Below the pieces are notes generated by a model, which was not told the DNA's origin, did not search any database, and saw nothing but the letters and a program-made list of their open reading frames with translations. The position numbers and the translations under genes are program-made. A DNA stretch of 64,000 bases from Mesoflavibacter profundi. Its GTDB lineage: Bacteria; Bacteroidota; Bacteroidia; Flavobacteriales; Flavobacteriaceae. How positions within the stretch are numbered: the first letter of the stretch is position 1; the number at the start of each line of letters is the position of its first letter. The stretch spans positions 1,392,800 through 1,456,799 of the forward strand of contig NZ_CP061703.1 of the NCBI RefSeq assembly GCF_014764305.1. The letters are read 5' to 3'. Positions 55,101 through 63,116 of this stretch are shown here, one piece after another.

Positions 55101-56407
55101 AACTAAACGAGCAGTTAATCACAGAGCAAAAGAGATTGGATACCTTTATTAAACAAGCAGTAACTCATGACTGTAAGGTTTATTATGTTTTGAATTCAGA
55201 TACAGGAAACTCAAAATTGAAAACAGGAGATTTATCAAACGAGTTCTCATTGAATGTCATTAATGAATTACTAACTTTAGATACAGGTCAAAGAATTTAT
55301 TTTGAAAAAGGAATACAATCAACTGCTGATAAAATAGAGCCTACATTTAGTTTAGACCAGAATAGCCTACAAATAAGAGACGAAATCAGGTATTATCAAT
55401 GTGCGTATCATTCTGCTTTTCATCCATTATTACAAAAATTAAGAAGGAGTTATAACACCTTAATGTATTATTACAGGGAAAAAGATAAACTTAAAGACGT
55501 TTTCAATTTTATTATTAACACATCAAGTAAAAAAGCAATAGACAAAAGAATTGTAGATTATATTAACACTTATAAAACCATTCATGAAGATAGCATAATT
55601 ACACAAATGACAGACAGTGTTATTAGTTCAAAAGGAGATTGTATTGATAAGATAACTTTAAAAAACATCCTTAATTCAATTATACCAAATGAAATAAGCT
55701 CTCATTTTTCAAAGAATCTTTCTGATGAATTAATAAAAGGCAATTATCAAAATGTTAAGGTTATAAGTGAACCACAATTTCAACATTTTTTTAAAGAACA
55801 TATTATCAATAAAGTTAATGACTCTTTTCTAAAATTATATAAAACTTCTACCTCAAAGACAGATAGTGAAGAGTTAGAAATAGAGAGTTTGAAAATTTTA
55901 GAGAGTAATAGGAAAATTGAGTCAGATGTCAATGATTCCCCTATTTTAAGTTTTTTAGGGTTTGATATGAATATTAACTCTTTAAATAATGCAGATTTAT
56001 TTGAAAAACTTCTTAAGGAGCTTTCTGATAAATACCCTAGAGAAGGGTTGAATCAACATATATTAGTTGATTATAACATAGAAAAGGATAACTTTAATTC
56101 TAAAAAAACCATATCCATTAGTATAAACGATTTTTATTTAAAATACGATAATGAATTGTCTGTTTTTAGAGAAAAACCTGAAAATAGAAGAAGTAAATTT
56201 TGTTATGCAATTATTGACAACGGAACTGAAGAAGTGATAATTGAAAAAAGCATGAAATTATTACATTCAACGTTAAGTGAAAAAGGTATTTTATCTAAAA
56301 TGGTGAGTCCTCAAAATTACAACTTTGAAAAACTGAATAATTTTAATAAAACAGATAAGTTAAATTCTTGTAGGAATTATACGGTAATCAAAAAGATTCC
56401 TATATAA
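52199..56407 (+). CDS. Large primase-like (DxD) N-terminus fused to an SF2 DEAH-box helicase
   Basis: FFDVDVK is an AEP-primase-like motif in the N-terminal third. Walker A (AGCGLGKTT), DEAH (IVFDEAHLL) and SAT (LLSATP) helicase motifs follow. 1402 aa. Confidence 0.55.
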   Translation: MTHKSIQFKITSVEKNQNGYTPLDYDKKYFTDYNARFSIGSKDYGRKVLFYGRTSLKYRFQSEIEEAKRAELSIFEHEEKSKTPRSINEKDYHVDGIYAHYSTNELIIALNAFSAQNISSHYSMKMELKDLKKKSIEQGIEFEIPSRYNYKAKGLVISKRLMKGGISTQYNSICQGSPFLFFDVDVKPEENPRLYTDDGIPNKLNTEVFEYLKKIALITARSASGLGICGVIYVPSLANETDNRLHKSMGMAVYDYINNKLDLPCKIKFDEAQAQFTQGRSFPVQFYSNNDRYNWDKIELNKDAIEFKIESIEVDKELNEVRYENKREESTYTYTYTDDDYNQEYNNQPLIKKYNMEHFCYEIFMNNGYEITKEENSQGYSKLSKVGKRNDSISLSSNNTFKCFTSSLKGFTPFDLLSQLEFNGDSREAYNYVKSIYEEKNNKEIFDTKSVLNNWELLDDEDKFYDHPMESLEKTYSLVELNEVIGSNTIFNSFKIDDNGKFEVVDTTAKDLLGITERDIELSLHRTYKSTGYEYPVLDIIKNTDICTTLKVEGFLTTDLIIKNCTSYINYIYAGCGLGKTTTFLGKNNPNIDGLTKDFSVLFIVPRKMMVEQQALTANGLCQIVASTGDKIIKTNDGIEYIQSIGNNSEKLYDDKNNLKSVILTYDQFVHLPNDLVSKYDYIVFDEAHLLTSDSYREAIPKSFLKIEEVKKENSKAKFILLSATPSIELLTISKYHKNDFKLLNIVKSHKETPSLYVHNFIHTDRVKKDIQIFEQVVSDLDQGKKVVIFCENKNQINLQWNKLEEYCNDMGIKPPSRSYVSSESKELDLYKELVKNENLNVDLMYSTSVLNVGVNISSGVEKGVSFIFDYSSNNGYDTAIGQIQLLFRNRSRLTEIHCFSNLMDTSNPNLFKINKPAIKNDEVNSIFDKNKLDKTYENKTLAKSTKYSDVSFSHFEEVSDCATATFELNEQLITEQKRLDTFIKQAVTHDCKVYYVLNSDTGNSKLKTGDLSNEFSLNVINELLTLDTGQRIYFEKGIQSTADKIEPTFSLDQNSLQIRDEIRYYQCAYHSAFHPLLQKLRRSYNTLMYYYREKDKLKDVFNFIINTSSKKAIDKRIVDYINTYKTIHEDSIITQMTDSVISSKGDCIDKITLKNILNSIIPNEISSHFSKNLSDELIKGNYQNVKVISEPQFQHFFKEHIINKVNDSFLKLYKTSTSKTDSEELEIESLKILESNRKIESDVNDSPILSFLGFDMNINSLNNADLFEKLLKELSDKYPREGLNQHILVDYNIEKDNFNSKKTISISINDFYLKYDNELSVFREKPENRRSKFCYAIIDNGTEEVIIEKSMKLLHSTLSEKGILSKMVSPQNYNFEKLNNFNKTDKLNSCRNYTVIKKIPI

Positions 56408-56419
56408 TTTAATTAATTG

Positions 56420-57672
56420 ACCAAACTATCCATTTTAATTTTGGCAATGTCATACCAATTATATAATAGTCACAAAACTCTTTATTAAAAGTTAAACCAG
56501 ACACTTGCATTACAAATTTTGACCTGTACTTTTAGATTACTAATTAAAGTTCTATCACAGGTCAAAATTTGTAATGTTATTATTTAAAAGTCTAATCTAT
56601 TCAATATACATAATCACGATAAGATAATTGCCGTAAACATACACTTGTCAGGGAATTATCACTATATTAGTGTTATTATTTAATACAACCTAAATTAATA
56701 ACATTTATGAGCAATATTGGATACTACCTAAGAACATCTCACTACCTTCAAAACATCGGAACTCAAATTGATAAAATTGAAGATGGTTGGAAGGTGTATG
56801 AAGATAAAGGTGTCAGCGGTCGTATCCCATTCCTCGAACGTCCAAGTGGTAAGCGACTTATTGAGGATATTGCAAACGGTAAGATTAATCAAGTGATAGT
56901 CCTTCGTATCGACCGTCTTGGAAGAGACCTAGAGGACATACTTAAAACCATTAAAACTATCCATAGCTATAATGTGCCTATCACATCGCAAAATGAGGGT
57001 ATAACTACTCTTATTGATGGTAAAGAGAGCGTGATGTCTAACTTGCTTATTAATATATTAAGCTCGATTAGTGAGTTCCAATACCACCAGACTAGAGAAA
57101 AAACATTAGCAGGAATTGAACGTGCTAAATTAGATGGTAAATATAAAGGACGAAAAATCGGTAGTACAGAAAGTGTTGAGACCTTCTTATCTAAACCAAA
57201 AGTTCAAAAGATAATGACCTTACTTAATGAAGATATAGGAATCAGAAAGATTAGTCGAATCGTTGAATGCTCACCTAACTACATATATAAGGTAAAGAAT
57301 GCCATGACAACTAATCTTTCTGCCTAATTAAATCTGATTAATCTTTACATCCGTTATTGTAGGTTCGAACTCTCGACTGAACCTCTGAATGCTTTTGCTC
57401 TTCTTCTTATAAATACTCCAACAATGCGTGTGAGTGAACGTCTTACCTCTAGGTGTTTTATAATTGTTCTCAATCAACCAATCCGATATCTGTTTAAAGT
57501 TCCATCCATCTTTCTCATGAAACTTACTTATGATATCAAAAAGTTCTTGCTGATATGGACTGTAAGTTGATGTCCATAGATTAGATGATGATAAACTTAC
57601 AGACATATTAAGTGAGTATATAGGTTTAATAGGTGCTGAGTGTTGTCCCGTTGGAGAACATTCCGTTACGGT
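56420..57672. repeat. Right arm of the perfect 1253-bp inverted repeat
   Basis: See the left arm. Confidence 0.9.
56707..57327 (+). CDS. Serine recombinase, resolvase/invertase family (copy 2, identical)
   Basis: The protein sequence is identical to 42220..42840. Confidence 0.85.
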   Translation: MSNIGYYLRTSHYLQNIGTQIDKIEDGWKVYEDKGVSGRIPFLERPSGKRLIEDIANGKINQVIVLRIDRLGRDLEDILKTIKTIHSYNVPITSQNEGITTLIDGKESVMSNLLINILSSISEFQYHQTREKTLAGIERAKLDGKYKGRKIGSTESVETFLSKPKVQKIMTLLNEDIGIRKISRIVECSPNYIYKVKNAMTTNLSA

Positions 57673-57999
57673 GGAGTAGTCACGAACGGGGGTGAGTTGA
57701 TTTAACTTTTTACGACCTCGTTTAACTGGCATAATAGATATTTGGGTTCCGTTTTCGGAACCCTTTTCTTTTTCTAATACGACAGGTATTTTAAAATTAA
57801 TATTTAAAAGGTGCAGTTTATTCTCATTATCATAGTTCACTGTTATTTTATCTATTATAACCTTGAGAAACTCCTTTTTCATCTCGTCTGAAATATTGGT
57901 TTGAGTTTTGATATGTTCTGAGAAATTGTCAATCCAGTCAAACCATTTCTGTTCAGTTCCTAATTGCCTTAGTTTACTTCTCAAACCTTCAATCTTCAA
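57328..57999 (-). CDS. Recombinase-domain protein (large-serine-recombinase-like 'recombinase' motif at C-terminus); TTG start, possibly a truncated remnant
   Basis: The C-terminus (LIENNYKTPRGKTFTHTHCWSIYKK) fits the G-x-W...IL pattern of the recombinase domain. I found no ATG or GTG in the 43 in-frame codons upstream before a stop at 58129..58131. Confidence 0.45.
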   Translation of the reverse strand: MKIEGLRSKLRQLGTEQKWFDWIDNFSEHIKTQTNISDEMKKEFLKVIIDKITVNYDNENKLHLLNINFKIPVVLEKEKGSENGTQISIMPVKRGRKKLNQLTPVRDYSTVTECSPTGQHSAPIKPIYSLNMSVSLSSSNLWTSTYSPYQQELFDIISKFHEKDGWNFKQISDWLIENNYKTPRGKTFTHTHCWSIYKKKSKSIQRFSREFEPTITDVKINQI

Positions 58000-58140
58000 T
58001 TTGACTTGTTTAAGCTTTATGGCGAGGTCTTTTTTTAAAAGTTTATAAACCTGTTCAGAAGAAAACTCTTGTAATATATTCCGTGATTCGATTTCTACTA
58101 AACCTCTTTCAATAGTTGTCTTAGTTTTTTAATGTAATCT

Positions 58141-61100
58141 CTATAAAGATTTACGTAACATTTCTTTTACCATATTAAAAACCATTGTATTAAACTCCTC
58201 TTTAGCTTCTTCGTTGTCATTAATGACTTTATAAAAATCAAAATTTGTTGTTACGTGTTTCAGTAATTCGTCTTGTGCTAATTTATCACTTGTAATTCTT
58301 GCATTCTGTTCGTCAGAATGCTCGATAGAATTTAGCATATCTTTGTTTTTAGCCACTCCATTTACAACACTTTCAGCCATTTGCCTAACCTTATCAGCAT
58401 CTTCAAATTCAGTTCCATAGCGGTCATTAAAAGTTTTAATAATATTAGATAATTGGTCAATTTCAGGGTCAGATGTTCCGCCTCTCATTTCTGTAGGAAT
58501 AGGTTGTAAATCTTCTCCCTGTTCCATTGCTATATTTGTGGTGGCTTCCAATTGTAGGCGGTAACTATCCATATCTATATTATCTAAAACACCTTGTGAA
58601 AAATCAGGTTCAGCATCAGTTCCTAATTTGCTTTGTAAATGATTTAAGAAAATATACAGACGCTCTAAATATGCATTTTCAAAATCTACAATTTGAGATA
58701 AGAATATATACAAACGTACATAAGTCTTTACTTTTGCTCTAAAATCCGCTTGTTGCTCTTCTTCTAAATCTTCTCTAAAAACAACACTTGACTGGTCTAA
58801 AATGTCGTGTAACTGGTCTACTGTTACATTTGCTAATATTTTATTTGAAAACTTTTCTACTTGCTCTCTAGAATAGACTTGATAACTGTCTAAAGCATCT
58901 TGTAAGTCAAATAATTTATTTGGGTCTGTAGCCTCTCCTAAAATAGTATTTTCAAAATATGGTTTAAATGCTTTTTCTATATCCTCAGAAGAATTGGCAA
59001 AATCTAAAACAAAAGTATCTGTTTTTAACGGATGACTTCTATTTAGTCGGGATAAGGTCTGTACCGCATTTACACCACCTAATTTCTTATCTACATACAT
59101 TGTATGAAGCAGTGGTTGGTCAAAACCTGTCTGAAACTTATTAGCTACTAATAAAAATTTGTATTCATCTTTTTCAAATTCTTCAGGTATGTTACCGCTT
59201 GGAAAACCATTTAAACTTGATTCAGTTTCTCCATCTATTTCCCCAGAAAAACCAACAATTGCTTTGTATGGACTATTAATAGATTTTAGATAAGCATCAA
59301 AAGCGTGTTTGTATTGTACCGCTTTAGCTCTGCTACTTGTAACCATCATAGCTTTTGCCTTGTTACCCATTTTATTCTTCTTAACTACATTATCTATAAA
59401 ATGGTTAATCATTAAAATGGATTTCTTTTTGATAGCATGGTCATGACCTTCGACATAGGCTTTCAGTTTTTTTTGAGCCTTTTTCTTATCGTACTCTGGG
59501 TCGTCTTCTATCTTTTTCAGTAAAGCATAAAAGCTTTGGTATGTTGTATAATTAAGCAATACATCTTTAATAAAACCTTCTTCTATGGCTTGTTTCATTG
59601 AGTACAAATGAAATGCTTTGTATTTGGTTTTTCCATCCTGTTCAAATGGTTCGCCAAATAATTCTAAGGTTTTGTTTTTTGGCGTAGCTGTAAAAGCAAA
59701 ATAACTTGCATTAGGTAAGAGTTTACGAGCTTTAACTATTGCCCTTATAAAATCTTCACCTGTTACTTCATTATCTTCTGTTTCATCATAGTTTTCTAAA
59801 TCACTTTGAAGCTGTTCTTCGTCTGAAACTTTGGCTAGTGTTTCGTTTAATTTACGAGCCATTTGTCCACTTAAACTACTATGTGCTTCGTCTATAATGA
59901 TTCCAAAATTATTGCTTGGTAAATCACCAATATCCTCGACAATATGGGGGAATTTTTGAATGGTAGTAATTATTATTTTTTTTCCTTCTTCTAATGCAGT
60001 TTTTAATTGCTTACTTCCATCTGTAATAGCTTGTACAACACCTTTGACTTGTTGGTATTGTTTTATGTTCTCTCGTATTTGCTTATCTAAAACTCTTCGG
60101 TCTGTGATGACAATAACGGTATCAAAAATTGTTTTAGAACCTGATTTATCATGTAAACCAACCAGTTGGTGAGCCAACCAAGAAATGGAGTTACTTTTAC
60201 CTGAACCTGCCGAATGTTGTATCAAATATTTTTGACCTGCCCCTTTTTCTTGCGCATCTGCTAATAATCGGGAAACAGCGTTTAATTGATGAAAACGAGG
60301 AAATATAAGTTTTTTAGTTTTTTTTACTTTTTTCTTACCCTTAGCGTCTATATACTCTTTGTCTTCTGTGATTAATTTAGCATAGTTTTGAAGGATATTG
60401 GTAAGAGTATCTTTAGTTAAAATCTCTTTCCACAGGTAATCTGTTTTTATACCACCATTAGGTTCATTTCCTGCTCCGTTTTTATTTCCTTTATTGAAAG
60501 GTAAAAAATAAGAGCTGTCGCCTTCTAGCTTTGTACACATCCATACTTCTTCTGTGTCTACAGCAAAATTAACAACCATCCTGCCTAAACGAAATAACTC
60601 TTCGTTTGGGTCACGGTCAGTTTTGTATTGTTTTATGGCATGTTTTACATTTTGATTGGTAAGCTCGTTTTTAAGCTCAAAGCTGATAATTGGCATACCA
60701 TTAATAAACGTAACAATGTCTAAAGATTTTTTGTTTTTTGGCGAAAAATAGACTTGACGCATCACCGAAAAAATATTGGCTTGGTAATAGTCATTTGCTT
60801 TTTTGTTGAATACAGAAACTGGTTTGTCATAAAACAAGCGTAGCTTGGTATCTGTAAAGCCATCTACAATACCTTTACGCAAAACTTCTATAATGCCCTT
60901 TTGTTTTATTTGGTCGTTTAAACGCTTTACTATTTTTTGTTTGTAAAGGTCTTTATGGTAACGTTTTAATTTGTCTAATACTTTGGCTTGTGTTTTTTCT
61001 AAAAACTGAAACAGCAAATCTTCATCAATACAATTGATATTATTGTAATTGCTGTTTGCTCTTTCTACATAGTTGTTGCTATTAACTAAATAATCAACAA

Positions 61101-61146
61101 TATGCTTTTCAAAGCCATTTTCTTTTGTATTGGTGTTTTTACTCAT
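58141..61146 (-). CDS. hsdR: Type I restriction enzyme R subunit
   Basis: An HsdR-type N-terminal nuclease region, SF2 motifs including GIIIDEAHSS, and 1001 aa. Confidence 0.85.
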   Translation of the reverse strand: MSKNTNTKENGFEKHIVDYLVNSNNYVERANSNYNNINCIDEDLLFQFLEKTQAKVLDKLKRYHKDLYKQKIVKRLNDQIKQKGIIEVLRKGIVDGFTDTKLRLFYDKPVSVFNKKANDYYQANIFSVMRQVYFSPKNKKSLDIVTFINGMPIISFELKNELTNQNVKHAIKQYKTDRDPNEELFRLGRMVVNFAVDTEEVWMCTKLEGDSSYFLPFNKGNKNGAGNEPNGGIKTDYLWKEILTKDTLTNILQNYAKLITEDKEYIDAKGKKKVKKTKKLIFPRFHQLNAVSRLLADAQEKGAGQKYLIQHSAGSGKSNSISWLAHQLVGLHDKSGSKTIFDTVIVITDRRVLDKQIRENIKQYQQVKGVVQAITDGSKQLKTALEEGKKIIITTIQKFPHIVEDIGDLPSNNFGIIIDEAHSSLSGQMARKLNETLAKVSDEEQLQSDLENYDETEDNEVTGEDFIRAIVKARKLLPNASYFAFTATPKNKTLELFGEPFEQDGKTKYKAFHLYSMKQAIEEGFIKDVLLNYTTYQSFYALLKKIEDDPEYDKKKAQKKLKAYVEGHDHAIKKKSILMINHFIDNVVKKNKMGNKAKAMMVTSSRAKAVQYKHAFDAYLKSINSPYKAIVGFSGEIDGETESSLNGFPSGNIPEEFEKDEYKFLLVANKFQTGFDQPLLHTMYVDKKLGGVNAVQTLSRLNRSHPLKTDTFVLDFANSSEDIEKAFKPYFENTILGEATDPNKLFDLQDALDSYQVYSREQVEKFSNKILANVTVDQLHDILDQSSVVFREDLEEEQQADFRAKVKTYVRLYIFLSQIVDFENAYLERLYIFLNHLQSKLGTDAEPDFSQGVLDNIDMDSYRLQLEATTNIAMEQGEDLQPIPTEMRGGTSDPEIDQLSNIIKTFNDRYGTEFEDADKVRQMAESVVNGVAKNKDMLNSIEHSDEQNARITSDKLAQDELLKHVTTNFDFYKVINDNEEAKEEFNTMVFNMVKEMLRKSL

Positions 61147-61148
61147 AG

Positions 61149-63116
61149 TTAATTCAAATTGTGGTCATGAAAATAATCATTTAGCAATACCATTATTTTT
61201 TCAAAATGTTCTTTTGCTTTTTCATCATTCCAAACATCTTCATTATATATTAAATCTGATTTTAAGCTATCTATACTTCCTTTTACTTTTTTATTTTCAA
61301 ACATACTGCGTTTAACACCATATGCTTTGTCACTGTATTCTGAATTTATACTTCTAGTAACCAGCACTAAATTGCCCATTGTATCTAAGGTTTCAATACA
61401 AACCTTGTCTCTAGGGTCTCTTGGGTTTTGCGGGCCTATATGTTCAATTGAGTTTCTTGCTGTCATTTTATAATTACTCCATTCATCTTCTTTATCCAAT
61501 TGACCTCTATAATACCAGAGTATAAATTCTATTTTATAAAACCAATAGTGTGGAAAGCTAACACCTGAATTATTTAAATTCTCCAGAGTACCGAAAACTG
61601 TTTCTGCATCACATTCTACATCTAAAAAATCTTCCATAGAATTAATAGTTCTTTCTGGTAAAGAAATATGCTCCGTATTTGAACTAAATAAGGTATTGTC
61701 TAATTGTCTTAACCAGTAATAGGCATCATTAAATGATGGTTTTTCATCAATCATCCAATATAAAAAAGGTGTCAACCAGTATTGAGTCGTGTTTTGTTGA
61801 GAATGGTATAATATGCTTTGTAGCAATGCCATTCCGTTCAAACTGTCTTTATTCAATCTTCTCAAATAATAAGTCCAGCCTCCTTTTTTTTGGTTTTGTT
61901 TATAAATGTCCTTAATACCGTGTTCTTCTTTGTCTTCTAAAACAGTAATCCACTTTATTACATATCTGTCAAAGCAATATCTAACTTTAAACAATGTTTT
62001 AAAGAATTTAACTACAAATTTTTCGTTGATAATTTCAGACTTCAATAAGTGCTTATCAAAAGTTTCTAAAAGCTCTTTTTCATTGATACGTAAAATATCC
62101 TCATCATCATTTTTGAATAGAAAAATACGTAATGTATGTAGCAAAAGTTGAGGAAAAGAGAGAATACTCCTCACTGGTTCAAACTCATCTTCATTTGATT
62201 CAGGATGATGAGTAATATTGTCTTTAATTGAAGTTGCAATATCCTCGTATTGTTCAGGATGTTCTAACACATCGCTTAGCATAAGAGTGGTTTGAGGATT
62301 TGAACTTTCGAATAAATTTAAAACATCATTAATGTGAAATCCATTATGATAAATATGAGCTACATCCTTTGAAGAGCCAATTTCTAAGGCAATAACACGT
62401 TCTAAATAATTATCCATTACAGAACATACTTGCCATAGTTTGGCATATTGATTCCTCTTTTCTACATTTTTAATGTAGTTAAGTAGCCTAGCTTTAAGTA
62501 TCTCGTGATGTGCCAACTGCTCACCTCTGTTGTTTAAGGCTTCAAACAATTTGTTAAGGTCAGTAGTTTTTGGCACATCGGTTAATACCATTTTTACTTT
62601 TTCAAAAATATAATTTGAGAATTTTATTTTTTCTTCCTCATCTTCTAAGTGTTGTAAAATCAATTGGTTAATTTGATTTCGAGCTTTCCCTATTTTTAAT
62701 AAATCAGAATAGTCTTTTGAATCATTTGATGAAGAATGTTCTGCATTACCTATATTATTGAAATAGTCTGTTACATTTTGACGTATGGCAAACTTTAACC
62801 TAAGTTCTCCATTTTTATAGGTGAATGGCTCAAGATTACCTCCTAATTCATTGGATAATAACCATAGTGTGGTAAATCGCTGCTGCCCATCTACCAGGTC
62901 ATACAACTTGTCGCTATTTTCATTATTTACAGTTATGACTCCACCTATGTAGTATATGTCCTTATCTGCTTTATATGCTGTAAGTAAATCTTCAAATAAG
63001 GTTTTTACTTGCTCTTCTGTCCAAACATACAATCGCTGATAGATAGGAATATTGAACTCAAATTCTTGAGCTACAATTGATTTTATATCTGTTAAATTTG
63101 ATACTATGCTATCCAT
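61149..63116 (-). CDS. GmrSD-family type IV restriction enzyme (DUF262 + DUF1524)
   Basis: An N-terminal DGQQR motif (LVDGQQRFTTL) typical of DUF262, and a C-terminal SIEHIGPQNP His-Me finger typical of DUF1524. Confidence 0.8.
   Translation of the reverse strand: MDSIVSNLTDIKSIVAQEFEFNIPIYQRLYVWTEEQVKTLFEDLLTAYKADKDIYYIGGVITVNNENSDKLYDLVDGQQRFTTLWLLSNELGGNLEPFTYKNGELRLKFAIRQNVTDYFNNIGNAEHSSSNDSKDYSDLLKIGKARNQINQLILQHLEDEEEKIKFSNYIFEKVKMVLTDVPKTTDLNKLFEALNNRGEQLAHHEILKARLLNYIKNVEKRNQYAKLWQVCSVMDNYLERVIALEIGSSKDVAHIYHNGFHINDVLNLFESSNPQTTLMLSDVLEHPEQYEDIATSIKDNITHHPESNEDEFEPVRSILSFPQLLLHTLRIFLFKNDDEDILRINEKELLETFDKHLLKSEIINEKFVVKFFKTLFKVRYCFDRYVIKWITVLEDKEEHGIKDIYKQNQKKGGWTYYLRRLNKDSLNGMALLQSILYHSQQNTTQYWLTPFLYWMIDEKPSFNDAYYWLRQLDNTLFSSNTEHISLPERTINSMEDFLDVECDAETVFGTLENLNNSGVSFPHYWFYKIEFILWYYRGQLDKEDEWSNYKMTARNSIEHIGPQNPRDPRDKVCIETLDTMGNLVLVTRSINSEYSDKAYGVKRSMFENKKVKGSIDSLKSDLIYNEDVWNDEKAKEHFEKIMVLLNDYFHDHNLN

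Larger units (their letters stand above)
41875..57672. mobile_element. Recombinase-bounded cassette (IR-L + 13.3-kb cargo + IR-R); putative invertible or composite mobile element
   Basis: Identical inverted serine-recombinase modules flank accessory cargo that carries an Xis-like gene and a primase-helicase gene. Confidence 0.5.

Noticed and set aside
41875-57672. Interpretation of the inverted repeats as a phase-variable expression switch for the cargo
   Set aside because: The two arms are identical and each contains the same internal sequences. Inversion of the segment therefore recreates the same junctions at both ends and cannot change promoter-gene linkage. Only orientation relative to the chromosome would change.
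57758-57777. Perfect palindrome gggttccgttttcggaaccc near the outer edge of the right repeat
   Set aside because: It lies inside the coding sequence of the recombinase-domain ORF, and its partner at the left edge is unrelated. It is most likely coincidental.
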